From Chloroflexota bacterium (GTDB lineage: Bacteria > Chloroflexota > Limnocylindria > Limnocylindrales > CSP1-4): a DNA stretch of 35,877 bases. Both the position numbers and the translations under genes were made by a program. Positions 10,386 to 19,799 of this stretch are shown here, piece by piece. The notes beneath the pieces are model-generated. The model saw only the letters and a list, made by a program, of their open reading frames with translations. It made no database searches and had not been told where the DNA came from. Position 1 is the stretch's first letter. Each line of letters starts with the position of its first letter. The stretch covers positions 1 through 35,877 of the forward strand of contig JBJTJV010000024.1 of the NCBI GenBank assembly GCA_046352645.1, given 5' to 3'.

Positions 10386-11618
10386 CTACGCGTCCCCGGG
10401 CAGGTGCTCGAGCACGGTCGCGATGCCCTGGCCGACGCCGATGCACATCGCCGCCGCACCCCACCGGCCGCCGGTCCGGGCGAGCTCGTGGACGAGCATC
10501 GTGACGAGGCGCGCGCCGCTCATCCCGAGCGGGTGGCCGAGGGCGATCGCACCGCCGTTGGGGTTCACGCGCTCCGGATCGAGGCCGAGCTCGCGGATGC
10601 AGGCGACCGCCTGGCTCGCGAACGCCTCGTTCAGCTCCACGCACGCGAGTTCGTCCACGCCGACGCCGGCGCGCGCGAGCGCCGCCCGGAGCGCAGGCAC
10701 CGGCCCGATCCCCATGAGCGCGGGGTCCACGCCCGCGACCGCCGTGCTCACGATCCGGGCCATCGGCCGGAGCCCGAGCGCCCGCGCCCGGTCCGCGGCG
10801 ATGACCACGGCCGCGCCCGCACCGTCGTTCAGGCCGGAGCTGTTCCCCGCGGTCGCGGTCCCGCCCGGACCGAAGGCGGCGGGCAGGCGGGCGAGCGCCT
10901 CGGCGGTCGTCCCGGGGCGCGGGTGCTCGTCGTGCGCCACGCGCATCTCCGTGCCGTCGCGCGCGACGACCGGGACGGGGACGACCTGGCCGTCGAAGCG
11001 GCCGGCGGCGATCGCGGCCGCGGCCCGCCGCTGGCTCTCCGCCGCGAACGCATCCTGGTCCGCACGCGTGACGCCCCAGCGCTCGGCGACACGGTCGGCG
11101 GTCGCACCGAGCGGGAGCGTGTGGGCAGGATCGTGGCGCGGGTTCACGAGCCGCCAGCCGAGCGTGGTGTCCACGAGCGCCCGGTCGCCGCGCGGCCAGG
11201 CGGCATCGGGCTTGGGCAGGACCCAGGGCGCGCGGCTCATCGATTCCACGCCACCCGCGACGATCACGTCCGCGTCGCCGGCCATGATCGCGTGGGCCGC
11301 GGTGTTCAGCGCCTGGAGCCCCGAGCCGCACAGGCGGTTCACCGTCTGACCGGCCACCGTGACGGGGAAGCCCGCGAGGAGCGCGGCCATCCGGGCCACG
11401 TTGCGGTTCTCCTCGCCCGCGCCGTTCGCGTTGCCCAGGATCACGTCGTCCACGACCGCGGGGTCCACGCCGCCGCGCTCGACCGCCGCCCGCACGACGA
11501 GCGCGGCGCGGTCGTCCGGCCGGCCGGAGGCGAGCGCACCGCCGTGCCGTCCGATCGGCGTCCGGACGGCGCTCACGATCCACACCGCGCGGACGGGGCG
11601 ATCGAGGGCTCGCGACAT
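10386..11618 (-). CDS. Acetyl-CoA C-acyltransferase (PaaJ/PcaF-like thiolase)
   Basis: [52 protein letters not shown]; TACGAT 7 nt upstream of ATG 11618. Confidence 0.92.
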   Translation of the reverse strand: MSRALDRPVRAVWIVSAVRTPIGRHGGALASGRPDDRAALVVRAAVERGGVDPAVVDDVILGNANGAGEENRNVARMAALLAGFPVTVAGQTVNRLCGSGLQALNTAAHAIMAGDADVIVAGGVESMSRAPWVLPKPDAAWPRGDRALVDTTLGWRLVNPRHDPAHTLPLGATADRVAERWGVTRADQDAFAAESQRRAAAAIAAGRFDGQVVPVPVVARDGTEMRVAHDEHPRPGTTAEALARLPAAFGPGGTATAGNSSGLNDGAGAAVVIAADRARALGLRPMARIVSTAVAGVDPALMGIGPVPALRAALARAGVGVDELACVELNEAFASQAVACIRELGLDPERVNPNGGAIALGHPLGMSGARLVTMLVHELARTGGRWGAAAMCIGVGQGIATVLEHLPGDA

Positions 11619-11747
11619 GCAGAGAATCGTACTCCGCCCCCCGGACCCCCGGGAATGGCCCGGCGGCAGATCGGGACCGGGGTCCGCTCCCCGGTGCCCC
11701 GCAAGTACCAGCGACGGCAGGGACCCCCGTGCGGTGGGATGGCGCCG

Positions 11748-12413
11748 ATGTCGCAGCACCGCCCCCACCACCACCGCATCCGCCGCATCCGGACCGCACC
11801 GGACGGCGCCGCCGCGCGCGGCCAGGGCCTCGTCGAGCTCGCCCTGATCCTGCCGATCTTCCTCGCCCTGACGATGGGCCTGCTCGAGTTCGCCCTCGCC
11901 TTCAACGCGACGCTCGGCGTCAACCGCGCCTCGCAGGACGGGGCACACGTCGCATCCGTCGCCGGGGCGCGCCGGGGCGCCGACTGCATGATCCTCGCGG
12001 AGATCGACGCGACGCTCATCACGCCCGCGGACACCGACCGGATCCGCCGCGTGGAGATCCAGCGGACCGCGCTCGCGGGGAACGTCGTCTACGCGCGGAA
12101 CACCTGGGTCCGCAGCGGCAGGACGACCTGCACGCTCATCGACGGATCCACGCTCGACGTCCCGTACACGCGCACGACCGAGGGCTACCCGGAGAGCCAG
12201 CGCTGCACGATCCTCGCGGGCTGCGCGACGCTCACGCCGGCGCGCTCCACGGTGGACAACGTGGGCGTGCTCGTGGAATACCGCTACGACTGGGTCACGC
12301 CGCTCGGGGCGCTCCTGCCGATGCTCGGCGAGGACGCGGTCGCGGGCGGCGCGAGCGGCCGCGGCTGGACCTTCCAGAAGCGGAGCGTCTTCCGCATGGA
12401 GCCCGACCTGTGA
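11748..12413 (+). CDS. tadE: TadE/TadG-family minor (pseudo)pilin, cassette 1 gene A
   Basis: Basic leader then RG|QGLVELALILP (class III signal, Glu+5) and hydrophobic helix; 4 Cys; start uncertain (11694, 11739 or 11748). Confidence 0.85.
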   Translation: MSQHRPHHHRIRRIRTAPDGAAARGQGLVELALILPIFLALTMGLLEFALAFNATLGVNRASQDGAHVASVAGARRGADCMILAEIDATLITPADTDRIRRVEIQRTALAGNVVYARNTWVRSGRTTCTLIDGSTLDVPYTRTTEGYPESQRCTILAGCATLTPARSTVDNVGVLVEYRYDWVTPLGALLPMLGEDAVAGGASGRGWTFQKRSVFRMEPDL

Positions 12414-13045
12414 GCCGGCTCCGGGCGTGGCGCGCCGCGGCGCGGGATGCACGCGGCCAGGGGATCGTGGAGATGACGCTCATCGTCCCGGTCCTCATGC
12501 TCCTGCTCACCGGGATGCTCGAGCTCGGCCTCGCGTACAACGACGTGCTCACGATCGGCTATGCGAGCCGCGAGGGCGCGCGCGTCGGCGCGGCGCTCGG
12601 CAACGGCGGGGCGCTCACCTGCACGACCGCGGACCCGGCGGGCGTGGACCCGACGATCGTCGCGTCGGTCTCGCGGATCCTCAGCTCGCCGGGGGCGGAC
12701 ATCGCCCTCGCGGACGTGCGCGAGATCCGCATCTACCGCGCGGGCGCGAACGGCAGCCAGCTCGGTGGCGCGGCGAACATCTGGCGATACGCGCCGGGCG
12801 CCGGCCCGGACGTCGATCCGGGTCCGGGCGCGGCACGCCTGGACTTCGCGGAGACGAGCCGCGGCTGGAACGCGTGCGCCCGTCTGAACGGCGCGACGCC
12901 CGATTCCGTGGGCGTCCGCGTGGAGTACGTCTACCGCCTCACCACCCCCCTCGCCGCGATGATCGCGATCTTCGGCGGCGAGCAGGCGACGACCATCACC
13001 CGGCGCGAGCAGACGGTGATGGCGATCAACCCGACCGCGCGCTGA
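12410..13045 (+). CDS. tadE: TadE-family minor pilin, cassette 1 gene B
   Basis: GTGA overlap with upstream stop; RG|QGIVEMTLIVP...ASREGARVGA. Confidence 0.88.
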   Translation: MSRLRAWRAAARDARGQGIVEMTLIVPVLMLLLTGMLELGLAYNDVLTIGYASREGARVGAALGNGGALTCTTADPAGVDPTIVASVSRILSSPGADIALADVREIRIYRAGANGSQLGGAANIWRYAPGAGPDVDPGPGAARLDFAETSRGWNACARLNGATPDSVGVRVEYVYRLTTPLAAMIAIFGGEQATTITRREQTVMAINPTAR

Positions 13046-15324
13046 TGGGCCGGCTGCGCACCCTCCTCGCGCGGGTCATCGGCAGCAGCCGGGGAACCGG
13101 CGCGCCCCGGGCCGGGGAGCGCGGCCAGGTGCTCGTGCTCTTCTCGATCATGGCCGCCGGCCTCATCGGCGCGGTGGCGGTGGTCACGGACGTCTCTTGG
13201 CTCTGGGTGAACCAGCAGCGGATGCAGCGCGCGGCCGACGCCGCGGCCCTCGCGGGCTCCGTCTACCTGCCGGGCGATCCGGCGTCGGCGTACGCGGCGG
13301 CACTCGCGGAGGCGGCCAAGAACGGGTTCGCGAACGGCACGGACGGGATCGTCATCACGCCCCGCCAGGACACGGCGAACCCGCGCCGCCTGAACGTCCG
13401 CGTGAGCGGGCCCGTGGGCACCTACTTCGCGCGTGTCTTCTGCGTCAGCCAGGACGCCTGCCTGGAGAGCGTGCCGGTGGCCGCCGCGAGCGCCGCGGAG
13501 TACACGCTGCCGGTCCCGATGGGCAGCCCGCAGAGCTACTACGGCGTGGGCTACCTCGTCGCGCCGGTCACCTCGACGTCCACGGAGACGATCTCCGGGT
13601 CCACCGCGTGGGGCCCGACCGCGTCCGTGGTGAGCGGCGGCACCTGGACGAACCCGGGCCAGGCGCGCGTGACGGACGGCGCCTACGCGACCTCCGGTAC
13701 GAACGGGCAGAACCAGCAGTGGACGAGCTTCGGCCTGCTCGCGGGGACCGCCGCGCCGCCGAACGATCCGTCCACCGCGATCCTCGGCATCGAGGTCCGC
13801 CTCGCGGGCGTGAGCTACAACGGCACGAGCACCGCCACGAGCTGCCAGGTCCGCGTGGAGATCTCGCCGGACGCCGGCGTCTCGTGGTCGAGCCCGGTCC
13901 TCACCGCGGCGCTCGGCGCGACGGCGACCGCGAACCGCATCGTCGGCAGCACGACGTCCACCGCCGGATGGGGCGCGCGGACGTGGCGCCGGACGGACCT
14001 CGCGGACGCGGCCCTCCGCGTCCGCCTCACCTGGATCGACGGCACGAGCGGCTGCGCGTCGACGCAGAACGTGCGCCTCGATGGGCTGGAGGTCCGGGCC
14101 CACTGGCGGACCACCCGCACGACGAGCACGACGACCTGGGAGCAGAGGAACGTCGTCGCGCCGGACGGGACCGTGCTCACGCCGCAGAACTTCTGGGGTG
14201 CCATGCAGAGCCAGGGCGCCCCGAGCCACCAGGGCGACATCTACATGACCCGCTACGACACCCGCGGCGCATCGAACAACCCGTCCTACGCCCCGGAGGA
14301 CTACTACAACTACGCCGTCGTGGTGCCCGCCGGAGCGACGAACGGCGAGGTCTGGATCTTCGACCCCGGCTTCTGCGATGCGCGCCGGAACTACGGAACA
14401 GGCGAGAACTGGGCGATCGGCGGTACCAACGGCTACACCACGGCCCAGGGGATCAGCAGCTACTACGACCTCTACGACACGCGCGAGACGCCCTACGACC
14501 GCACGGACGACGCCCTCGTCGCGAGCTCCGGCACGCTCTTCCAGCGGGTGAGCATGTACGACCGCCGCGCCTACGAGGACGTGCCCGACCCGGGGAACAC
14601 GCCACCGGGCGCGGGCACGAGCTGCGAGGGCCAGTCCTGGCACTTCGGCTGGTGGCGCCTGGCGAGCGGGCTGAGCGGCGGTGCGAACGGCCGGACCTAT
14701 CGCGTCCACACCTACAGCACCGAGCGCGCGAACCCGTCGGGCCAGCTGAACGCGACCGGCCTGAACGCCTTCGCGATCTGGTCGAAGGCGACGGGCGGGA
14801 GCCCGCGCGTCTACGGGATCGGGTCGATGCAGACGCTCGTGCGCCTTCCGCCGAGCGCGGCCTCGGAGTTCTACCTCGCACGGGTGGACGCGGTCCACGC
14901 CGGCAAGACGCTGGAGATCCAGCTCTGGGACCCGGGCGACACCGGGCAGATGTCCGGCACGCTGGAGATCCTGCGGCCCACGGCGCAAAGCTACACGCCG
15001 GTCGCGTTCTCCTGGAGCGCGGCACCCGGCGCCACGGCCTCGGGGGTCTCGGGCTGCGCAGGGAGCCGGGCGACCGGCGTGACATCCGTCGTCACGAACA
15101 GCGGCGGCAGCTCGAGCTTCAACGGGTGCTGGCTCACGATCAGCGTGGTCATCCCGCTCGACTACGCCGCGCCGCGACCGCTCTCGGACACCACCACGGC
15201 CGAGGGCGGCTGGTGGAAGATCCGCTACCGGATGGGCGCGGCGCCCGCGGGGACGGACTTCGCGACCGACGTCGCGACCTGGCAGGTGCAGGTCAAGGGC
15301 AGCCCGGTCCACCTCGTCCCCTGA
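13045..15324 (+). CDS. Large TadG-like pilin-anchored protein (putative tip adhesin), cassette 1 gene C, 759 aa
   Basis: TGATG overlap; ERG|QVLVLF...D...MQRAADAAALAG Tad N-terminal motif followed by a long Ser/Thr/Gly/Trp-rich beta-rich region with 8 Cys. Confidence 0.85.
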   Translation: MGRLRTLLARVIGSSRGTGAPRAGERGQVLVLFSIMAAGLIGAVAVVTDVSWLWVNQQRMQRAADAAALAGSVYLPGDPASAYAAALAEAAKNGFANGTDGIVITPRQDTANPRRLNVRVSGPVGTYFARVFCVSQDACLESVPVAAASAAEYTLPVPMGSPQSYYGVGYLVAPVTSTSTETISGSTAWGPTASVVSGGTWTNPGQARVTDGAYATSGTNGQNQQWTSFGLLAGTAAPPNDPSTAILGIEVRLAGVSYNGTSTATSCQVRVEISPDAGVSWSSPVLTAALGATATANRIVGSTTSTAGWGARTWRRTDLADAALRVRLTWIDGTSGCASTQNVRLDGLEVRAHWRTTRTTSTTTWEQRNVVAPDGTVLTPQNFWGAMQSQGAPSHQGDIYMTRYDTRGASNNPSYAPEDYYNYAVVVPAGATNGEVWIFDPGFCDARRNYGTGENWAIGGTNGYTTAQGISSYYDLYDTRETPYDRTDDALVASSGTLFQRVSMYDRRAYEDVPDPGNTPPGAGTSCEGQSWHFGWWRLASGLSGGANGRTYRVHTYSTERANPSGQLNATGLNAFAIWSKATGGSPRVYGIGSMQTLVRLPPSAASEFYLARVDAVHAGKTLEIQLWDPGDTGQMSGTLEILRPTAQSYTPVAFSWSAAPGATASGVSGCAGSRATGVTSVVTNSGGSSSFNGCWLTISVVIPLDYAAPRPLSDTTTAEGGWWKIRYRMGAAPAGTDFATDVATWQVQVKGSPVHLVP

Positions 15325-15333
15325 GCGCGGGGC

Positions 15334-15367
15334 CGGCCGAGGGCGGACCACGGGAGGGCCTCGGCCG
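15334..15367 (+). terminator. Hairpin after cassette 1
   Basis: cggccgagg-N16-cctcggccg; no U-tract. Confidence 0.3.
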
Positions 15368-15427
15368 ACGGTGCGGCCCGGTCCGCGCGCGCCGGTCGCA
15401 GGAGTAGTGCGTCGCGTATCCCGCCGA

Positions 15428-15457
15428 TTGACGGGCCGGTCGCTTCCGGTGTCTACT
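15428..15457 (+). promoter_or_regulatory. Possible promoter for cassette 2 (TTGACG-18-TCTACT)
   Basis: Near-consensus -35 in a lower-GC intergenic stretch; the -10 is imperfect. Confidence 0.35.
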
Positions 15458-15465
15458 ACGCCCCT

Positions 15466-16104
15466 GTGCCGAAGGTACTGCCCACACCCCGCCGGAAGTA
15501 CCGTATCCTTAGTCGCGATCGCGGTCAGGGAGTCGTCGAGGTCGCCCTCGTGCTCCCGATGGTGGTGGCCCTGATCTTCGCCGTGCTGGAATACGCGCTC
15601 GCCTTCCACGCGGTCCTGTCGGTCAACCAGGCCTCGCAGAACGCGGCGCACATCGCAGCGATCGTGGGGAACATGGACGGCGCGGACTGCATCATCCTCG
15701 AGGAGGTCGAGCGGACGATCGCGACGCCGGCCGACCGCGCCCGGGTCACCGAGGTCGCGATCCAGCGGACCGCCCTCGCCGGGAACATGGTCCACGCGGC
15801 GAACACGTGGGTGCGCACGGGCTCCACGACCTGCACGCATCCGGACGGATCGACGACCACGGTCCCGTACTCCATGACCTCGCAGGGATACCCCGACGCG
15901 CAGCGCTGCGTCGTGCTGTCGGGCTGCCCCACGATGACGCCGCCGCGCTCCACGGTGGACAACGTCGGCGTGATGGTCGCCTACGACCACCCGCGGACCA
16001 CGCCGCTCGGATCCGTCCTGCCGATGATCGGCGGCTCGGAGCCCGCGGACGACGGATGGACGTTCCGCAAGCGGAACATCTTCCGGATGGAACCGGTCCT
16101 GTGA
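15466..16104 (+). CDS. tadE: TadE-family minor pilin, cassette 2 gene A (paralog of 11748-12413)
   Basis: RG|QGVVEVALVLP; shares IQRTALAGN, NTWVR, RSTVDNVGV, FRMEP and the 4 Cys with the first copy. Confidence 0.85.
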   Translation: MPKVLPTPRRKYRILSRDRGQGVVEVALVLPMVVALIFAVLEYALAFHAVLSVNQASQNAAHIAAIVGNMDGADCIILEEVERTIATPADRARVTEVAIQRTALAGNMVHAANTWVRTGSTTCTHPDGSTTTVPYSMTSQGYPDAQRCVVLSGCPTMTPPRSTVDNVGVMVAYDHPRTTPLGSVLPMIGGSEPADDGWTFRKRNIFRMEPVL

Positions 16105-16730
16105 TCGGGTGGGGGGCGCTGCGCCGACGTGCGGATGCGCGCGGCCAGGGGATCGTGGAGTTCACCTATGCACTGCCGATCCTGCTCCTGATCCTCGTCG
16201 GGATGGTCGAGCTCGGCATGGCCTACAACGACACGCTCACGCTCGGGTACGCGACGCGCGAGGGCGCGCGCGTGGGCTCCGCGCTGGGCAACGGCGGCGC
16301 TGCCTCGTGCAATGGCGGTGCGGACCCTGCGGGCGTGGACGCCTCGATCGTCGCGGCAGTGCAGCGGATCATCATGTCGCCGGGCTCGGACGTGGAGCCG
16401 TCGCGCATCGCGGAGATCCGCATCTACCGCGCCACGGAGACCGGCGCGATCTCGGGCGGGCTCGTGAACCGCTGGCGCTGGGCGCCGGGGAGGGGCCCGG
16501 ACGTGGATCCCGGTGCCGGTGCCGCACGCCTGGACTTCGCCGAATCCGCCCGCGGCTGGTCGGCCTGCGGTCGGGTGGCGAACGGCAGGCCGGACGCGCT
16601 CGGCGTCCAGATCGTCTACAGCTACCGCCTCCGGACGCCGCTCGGGGCCCTCATGGCGATCTTCGGCCAGGACCAGGGTCCCACCTTCGAGCTGCGCGAC
16701 CAGACCGTCATGTCGCTGAACCCGGCCTGA
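16101..16730 (+). CDS. tadE: TadE-family minor pilin, cassette 2 gene B (paralog of 12410-13045)
   Basis: GTGA overlap; RG|QGIVEF...ATREGARVG; shares GPDVDPG.GAARLDFAE. Confidence 0.88.
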   Translation: MIGWGALRRRADARGQGIVEFTYALPILLLILVGMVELGMAYNDTLTLGYATREGARVGSALGNGGAASCNGGADPAGVDASIVAAVQRIIMSPGSDVEPSRIAEIRIYRATETGAISGGLVNRWRWAPGRGPDVDPGAGAARLDFAESARGWSACGRVANGRPDALGVQIVYSYRLRTPLGALMAIFGQDQGPTFELRDQTVMSLNPA

Positions 16731-18997
16731 GCGAACGCCGTCGACGCTTGCGCCTGCCCTCCCTCCTCCGCCCGTTCCGGTTCCTCCGTCGTGCCCCGAG
16801 CACGCGCGGCCGGCGACTGCGCGAGGAAGGCGGCCAGGTGCTCCTCGTGTTCGCGGTCGCCTCCACGGTCCTGCTCGGCGCGGCCGCGATCGTCACGGAC
16901 GTCTCGTGGCTGTGGGTGAACCGCCAGAAGATGCAGCGCGCGGCAGACGCGGCCGCGCTCGCCGGCGCGATCCACCTGCCGGGCGACCCGGCGACCGCGA
17001 TCGCGGTGGCGCGGGCGGAGGCCAGACGGAACGGGTACACCCACGGGAGCGGCGGCGTGATCGTGGATGCGGTCCGCGACCCGGCGAACCTGCGGCGCCT
17101 GCGGGTGACCCTGCGCGCGGAGGTCGGCACCCACTTCGCGCGCGTCTTCTGCGTCGATTCCGGGCCGTTCGCGGACGCGCCCTGCCTGGACACCGTGGAC
17201 ATCTCCGTCCGGTCCGCCGCCGAGTACACGCTGCCGGTGCCGATGGGCAGCCCCCAGAGCTACTTCGGCGTGGGCTACCTGGTGGACCGGACGACGAGCG
17301 CCAGCTCCACGACCGGCACGACCGGCTGGGGCCTGCCGAGCATGGCGCGGAGCGGCGGGACCTGGACGACGCCCACCAACGCCTACACGGTGAACAACCG
17401 CCACGCCACGGTCGCCACCACCGGGATGGCGCAGACGTGGACCGACTTCGGCCTGCTGACCACCTCGGGGGCACCGCCGGACAACCCCTCCGTGGTGGTG
17501 GACGGGATCCAGCTCCGCCTCCAGAACACGTCCCTCGCCGGGTCGGGCACGGCCACCGGGTGCCGGATCGCGGCCGAGATCTCCTGGAACGGCGGGACGA
17601 CCTGGTCCACGCCCCAGCTCTCCTCGACGCTCACGACGTCCACGTCCGCCGATCCGCTCGTGGGGACCGCCACGGGGATGAGCGGCTGGGGCGCACGCAC
17701 GTGGACGCGCGCGGACCTCGGCAACGGCCGCTTCGTCGTGCGCCTGACCTGGACGGACGGGACGGTCACCTGCCCGGCGACCCAGGCGGCGCGCCTCGAT
17801 GCGATCGAGGTGCAGGTCAACTACCGGTACTCCGTCCCGACGCGTGCCTGGGCACCCGGCCCGGTCATCGCCCCCGACGGGCGCACGCTCGCTCCCCAGA
17901 ACTTCTGGGCCGCGATGCAGAGCCAGGGGGCACCCAGCCAGCAGGGCGACATCTTCCTGACCGGCTACGACACGCGGACGTCGGTGGCCAACCCCCACTA
18001 CGCCCCGCTCGAGCAGTACCAGTACTCGATCACCGTCCCGGCGGGCGCCACGAACGGCGAGGTGTGGCTCTTCGACCCGGGGATGTGCGAGACCGGGACG
18101 GCGAGCGGACTCGGCGAGAACTGGTCCGTGGGCGGCAGCAACGGCAACGCGACGCGCCAGCCCGCGAGCTCGTTCTTCGATCTCTGGGACACGCGCGAGA
18201 CACCGTGGGAGACCGGGGACGACGTGCTCGTCGCGAGCTCCGGGACGACCTTCCGGCGGCAGCTCGGGTTCAGCGCCTGGACGGCATCGCTGCCGTCGGG
18301 GATGACCGACTGCACGGGGACGAGCTGGCACCTGGGCTGGTGGCGGCTGGCGAACGGCCTCATCGGCGGCGCGACCGGGCGGACCTACCGCCTCCACACG
18401 TTCACCACGGACAGGAGCGCACCCTCGGACCAGGTGAACACGACGGCGCTGAACGCGTTCGCCATCTGGACCCGGGCGGTCGGCGGGAGCCCCCGGATCG
18501 CCGGGAGCGGCGCGATGGAGGCGTACGTGCGCCTGCCGGCGAGCACGGCGTCCGAGTTCTACCTCGCGCGCATCGACGCGGTCCACGCGGGGAAGACCCT
18601 CGGCATCGACCTCTGGGACCCGGGGGATACGGGATCGCTCGCGGCGCGCCTGGAGATCCTCCGCCCGACGGCGACCGGCTACGCGGTCACGCCGTTCTCG
18701 TGGACCGCGGAGCGGGTCTCGTCGGGGGGCTCGTCGTGCACGGGGCTCGCGGGGACGAACGCCACGTCGGTGACGACGAACACCGGCGGGACGTCGGTCT
18801 TCAACGGCTGCTGGCTGCGCATCAGCGTGACGATCCCGAACGACTACGCCGCCCCGGTCCCGATCTCCGAGACGACGACGAACGAGGGCGGCTGGTGGAA
18901 GATCCGCTACACGATGGGCTCCGGGTCCGGCAACGCCACCGATCTCACCACCTGGCAGGTGAGCGTCCGGGGCAGCCCCGTTCACCTCGTCCCCTGT
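16727..18997 (+). CDS. Large TadG-like protein, cassette 2 gene C (paralog of 13045-15324); non-canonical start, and the expected stop reads TGT so the ORF as written runs to 19630
   Basis: GG|QVLLVF...MQRAADAAALAG; colinear with gene 1C up to GSPVHLVP; the only candidate starts before the cleavage site are near-cognate (CTG 16727 in a CTGA overlap, or TTG 16748). Confidence 0.75.
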
Positions 18998-18999
18998 CG

Positions 19000-19022
19000 G
19001 CGGCCCGGGCCCCCCGGGCCGC
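19000..19022. terminator. Perfect 10-bp GC hairpin between convergent genes
   Basis: gcggcccggg-ccc-cccgggccgc just after the position of the expected stop of gene 2C. Confidence 0.5.
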
Positions 19023-19031
19023 GCGCCCGCG

Positions 19032-19799
19032 TCAGACGGGCGCGGTGCGCCAGTGGAGGAGCGCCGGTCGGCAGCGCGCGAGCTCGGCCGCATCGGGCTG
19101 CGCGCGGTGGTGGCCGGGCTCGATGCGGCCGGCGGCGGCGAACGGCGCTTCCGTCACGAGCCCCGCCCGGACCGCCAGCCGGTCGATCTCCGCGGTCCCG
19201 CCGGCACCCGCGTCCGCGAGCGCGTAGGCGGCATTCACGGCGAGGAGCGTGCGCCGCTCCGGGTCCGCCGCATCCCGGGCAGCGTCGGCCGCGTCCGCGA
19301 GGAGCGCTCCCAGCTGCCGCACGACGCGCCCGTGCGTGTCGCCGACGGGGACCGGGTCGCAGCCTGCGGCCGCGAGGACCGCGAGGACCGCGTCCGCGCG
19401 CACGGGATCCGCGTCCGCGGGGATCGCGAGCTCGGTCGGCGTGGCCGCGCCGCCGTCCGCCGCCGGGTGCAGCTCCAGGCCCACGAGGCGGCCGGCGCGG
19501 CGCGGCAGCGGCACGAGGTCATGCAGCGTCGAGGCGGCGAGGAGGGCAGCGACCGGCGTCCCGGCAGGCAGCGCGGCGAGGAGGGCGGCGAGCAGGGCCA
19601 CGTCCGCCTGCGCGTCCGCCTGCGCGGTGACCGTGCGCGCCCCGACGATCGCGAGCGCCAGGCCCGCCGGCGGATGCGCCGGGTCCGCGATCGGCACGGG
19701 CGTGACCCCGCGCGCGTCCGCGAGGAGCGCGGCGAGGCGCGGCCCCGGGGCCCCCGCGACACCGATGACGACGCTGCCGGACGCCGCTGCGTCCGTCAT
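19032..19799 (-). CDS. Degenerate 3-hydroxyacyl-CoA dehydrogenase-like protein (possible pseudo-enzyme or decaying gene)
   Basis: ATGA-coupled to enoyl-CoA hydratase; remnants RLVGLELHP, PVPVGDTHGRVVRQ and NAAYAL...EIDR...APF match the family pattern, but GxGxxG and the catalytic His motif are lost. Confidence 0.55.
   Translation of the reverse strand: MTDAAASGSVVIGVAGAPGPRLAALLADARGVTPVPIADPAHPPAGLALAIVGARTVTAQADAQADVALLAALLAALPAGTPVAALLAASTLHDLVPLPRRAGRLVGLELHPAADGGAATPTELAIPADADPVRADAVLAVLAAAGCDPVPVGDTHGRVVRQLGALLADAADAARDAADPERRTLLAVNAAYALADAGAGGTAEIDRLAVRAGLVTEAPFAAAGRIEPGHHRAQPDAAELARCRPALLHWRTAPV

Noticed and set aside
9705-12452. 902-aa and 688-aa ORFs suggesting fusions
   Set aside because: They join real genes (TadE 1A, thiolase) to antisense shadows; internal starts fit the family N-termini
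11640-15520. Riboswitch or shared operator upstream of the Tad cassettes (AAGTACC near 11703 and 15496)
   Set aside because: No recognisable aptamer; the 7-mer is short, differently spaced and may simply be in-frame Lys-Tyr codons
11748-18997. Shufflon, DGR or phase-variation mechanism acting on the paralogous cassettes
   Set aside because: No recombinase, reverse transcriptase, inverted crossover sites or adenine-specific template/variable pair seen; divergence is spread throughout
18998-19630. Functional C-terminal extension or true antisense overlap of TadG-like 2
   Set aside because: Low-complexity shadow-frame composition, absent from the paralog, and crosses a terminator-like hairpin
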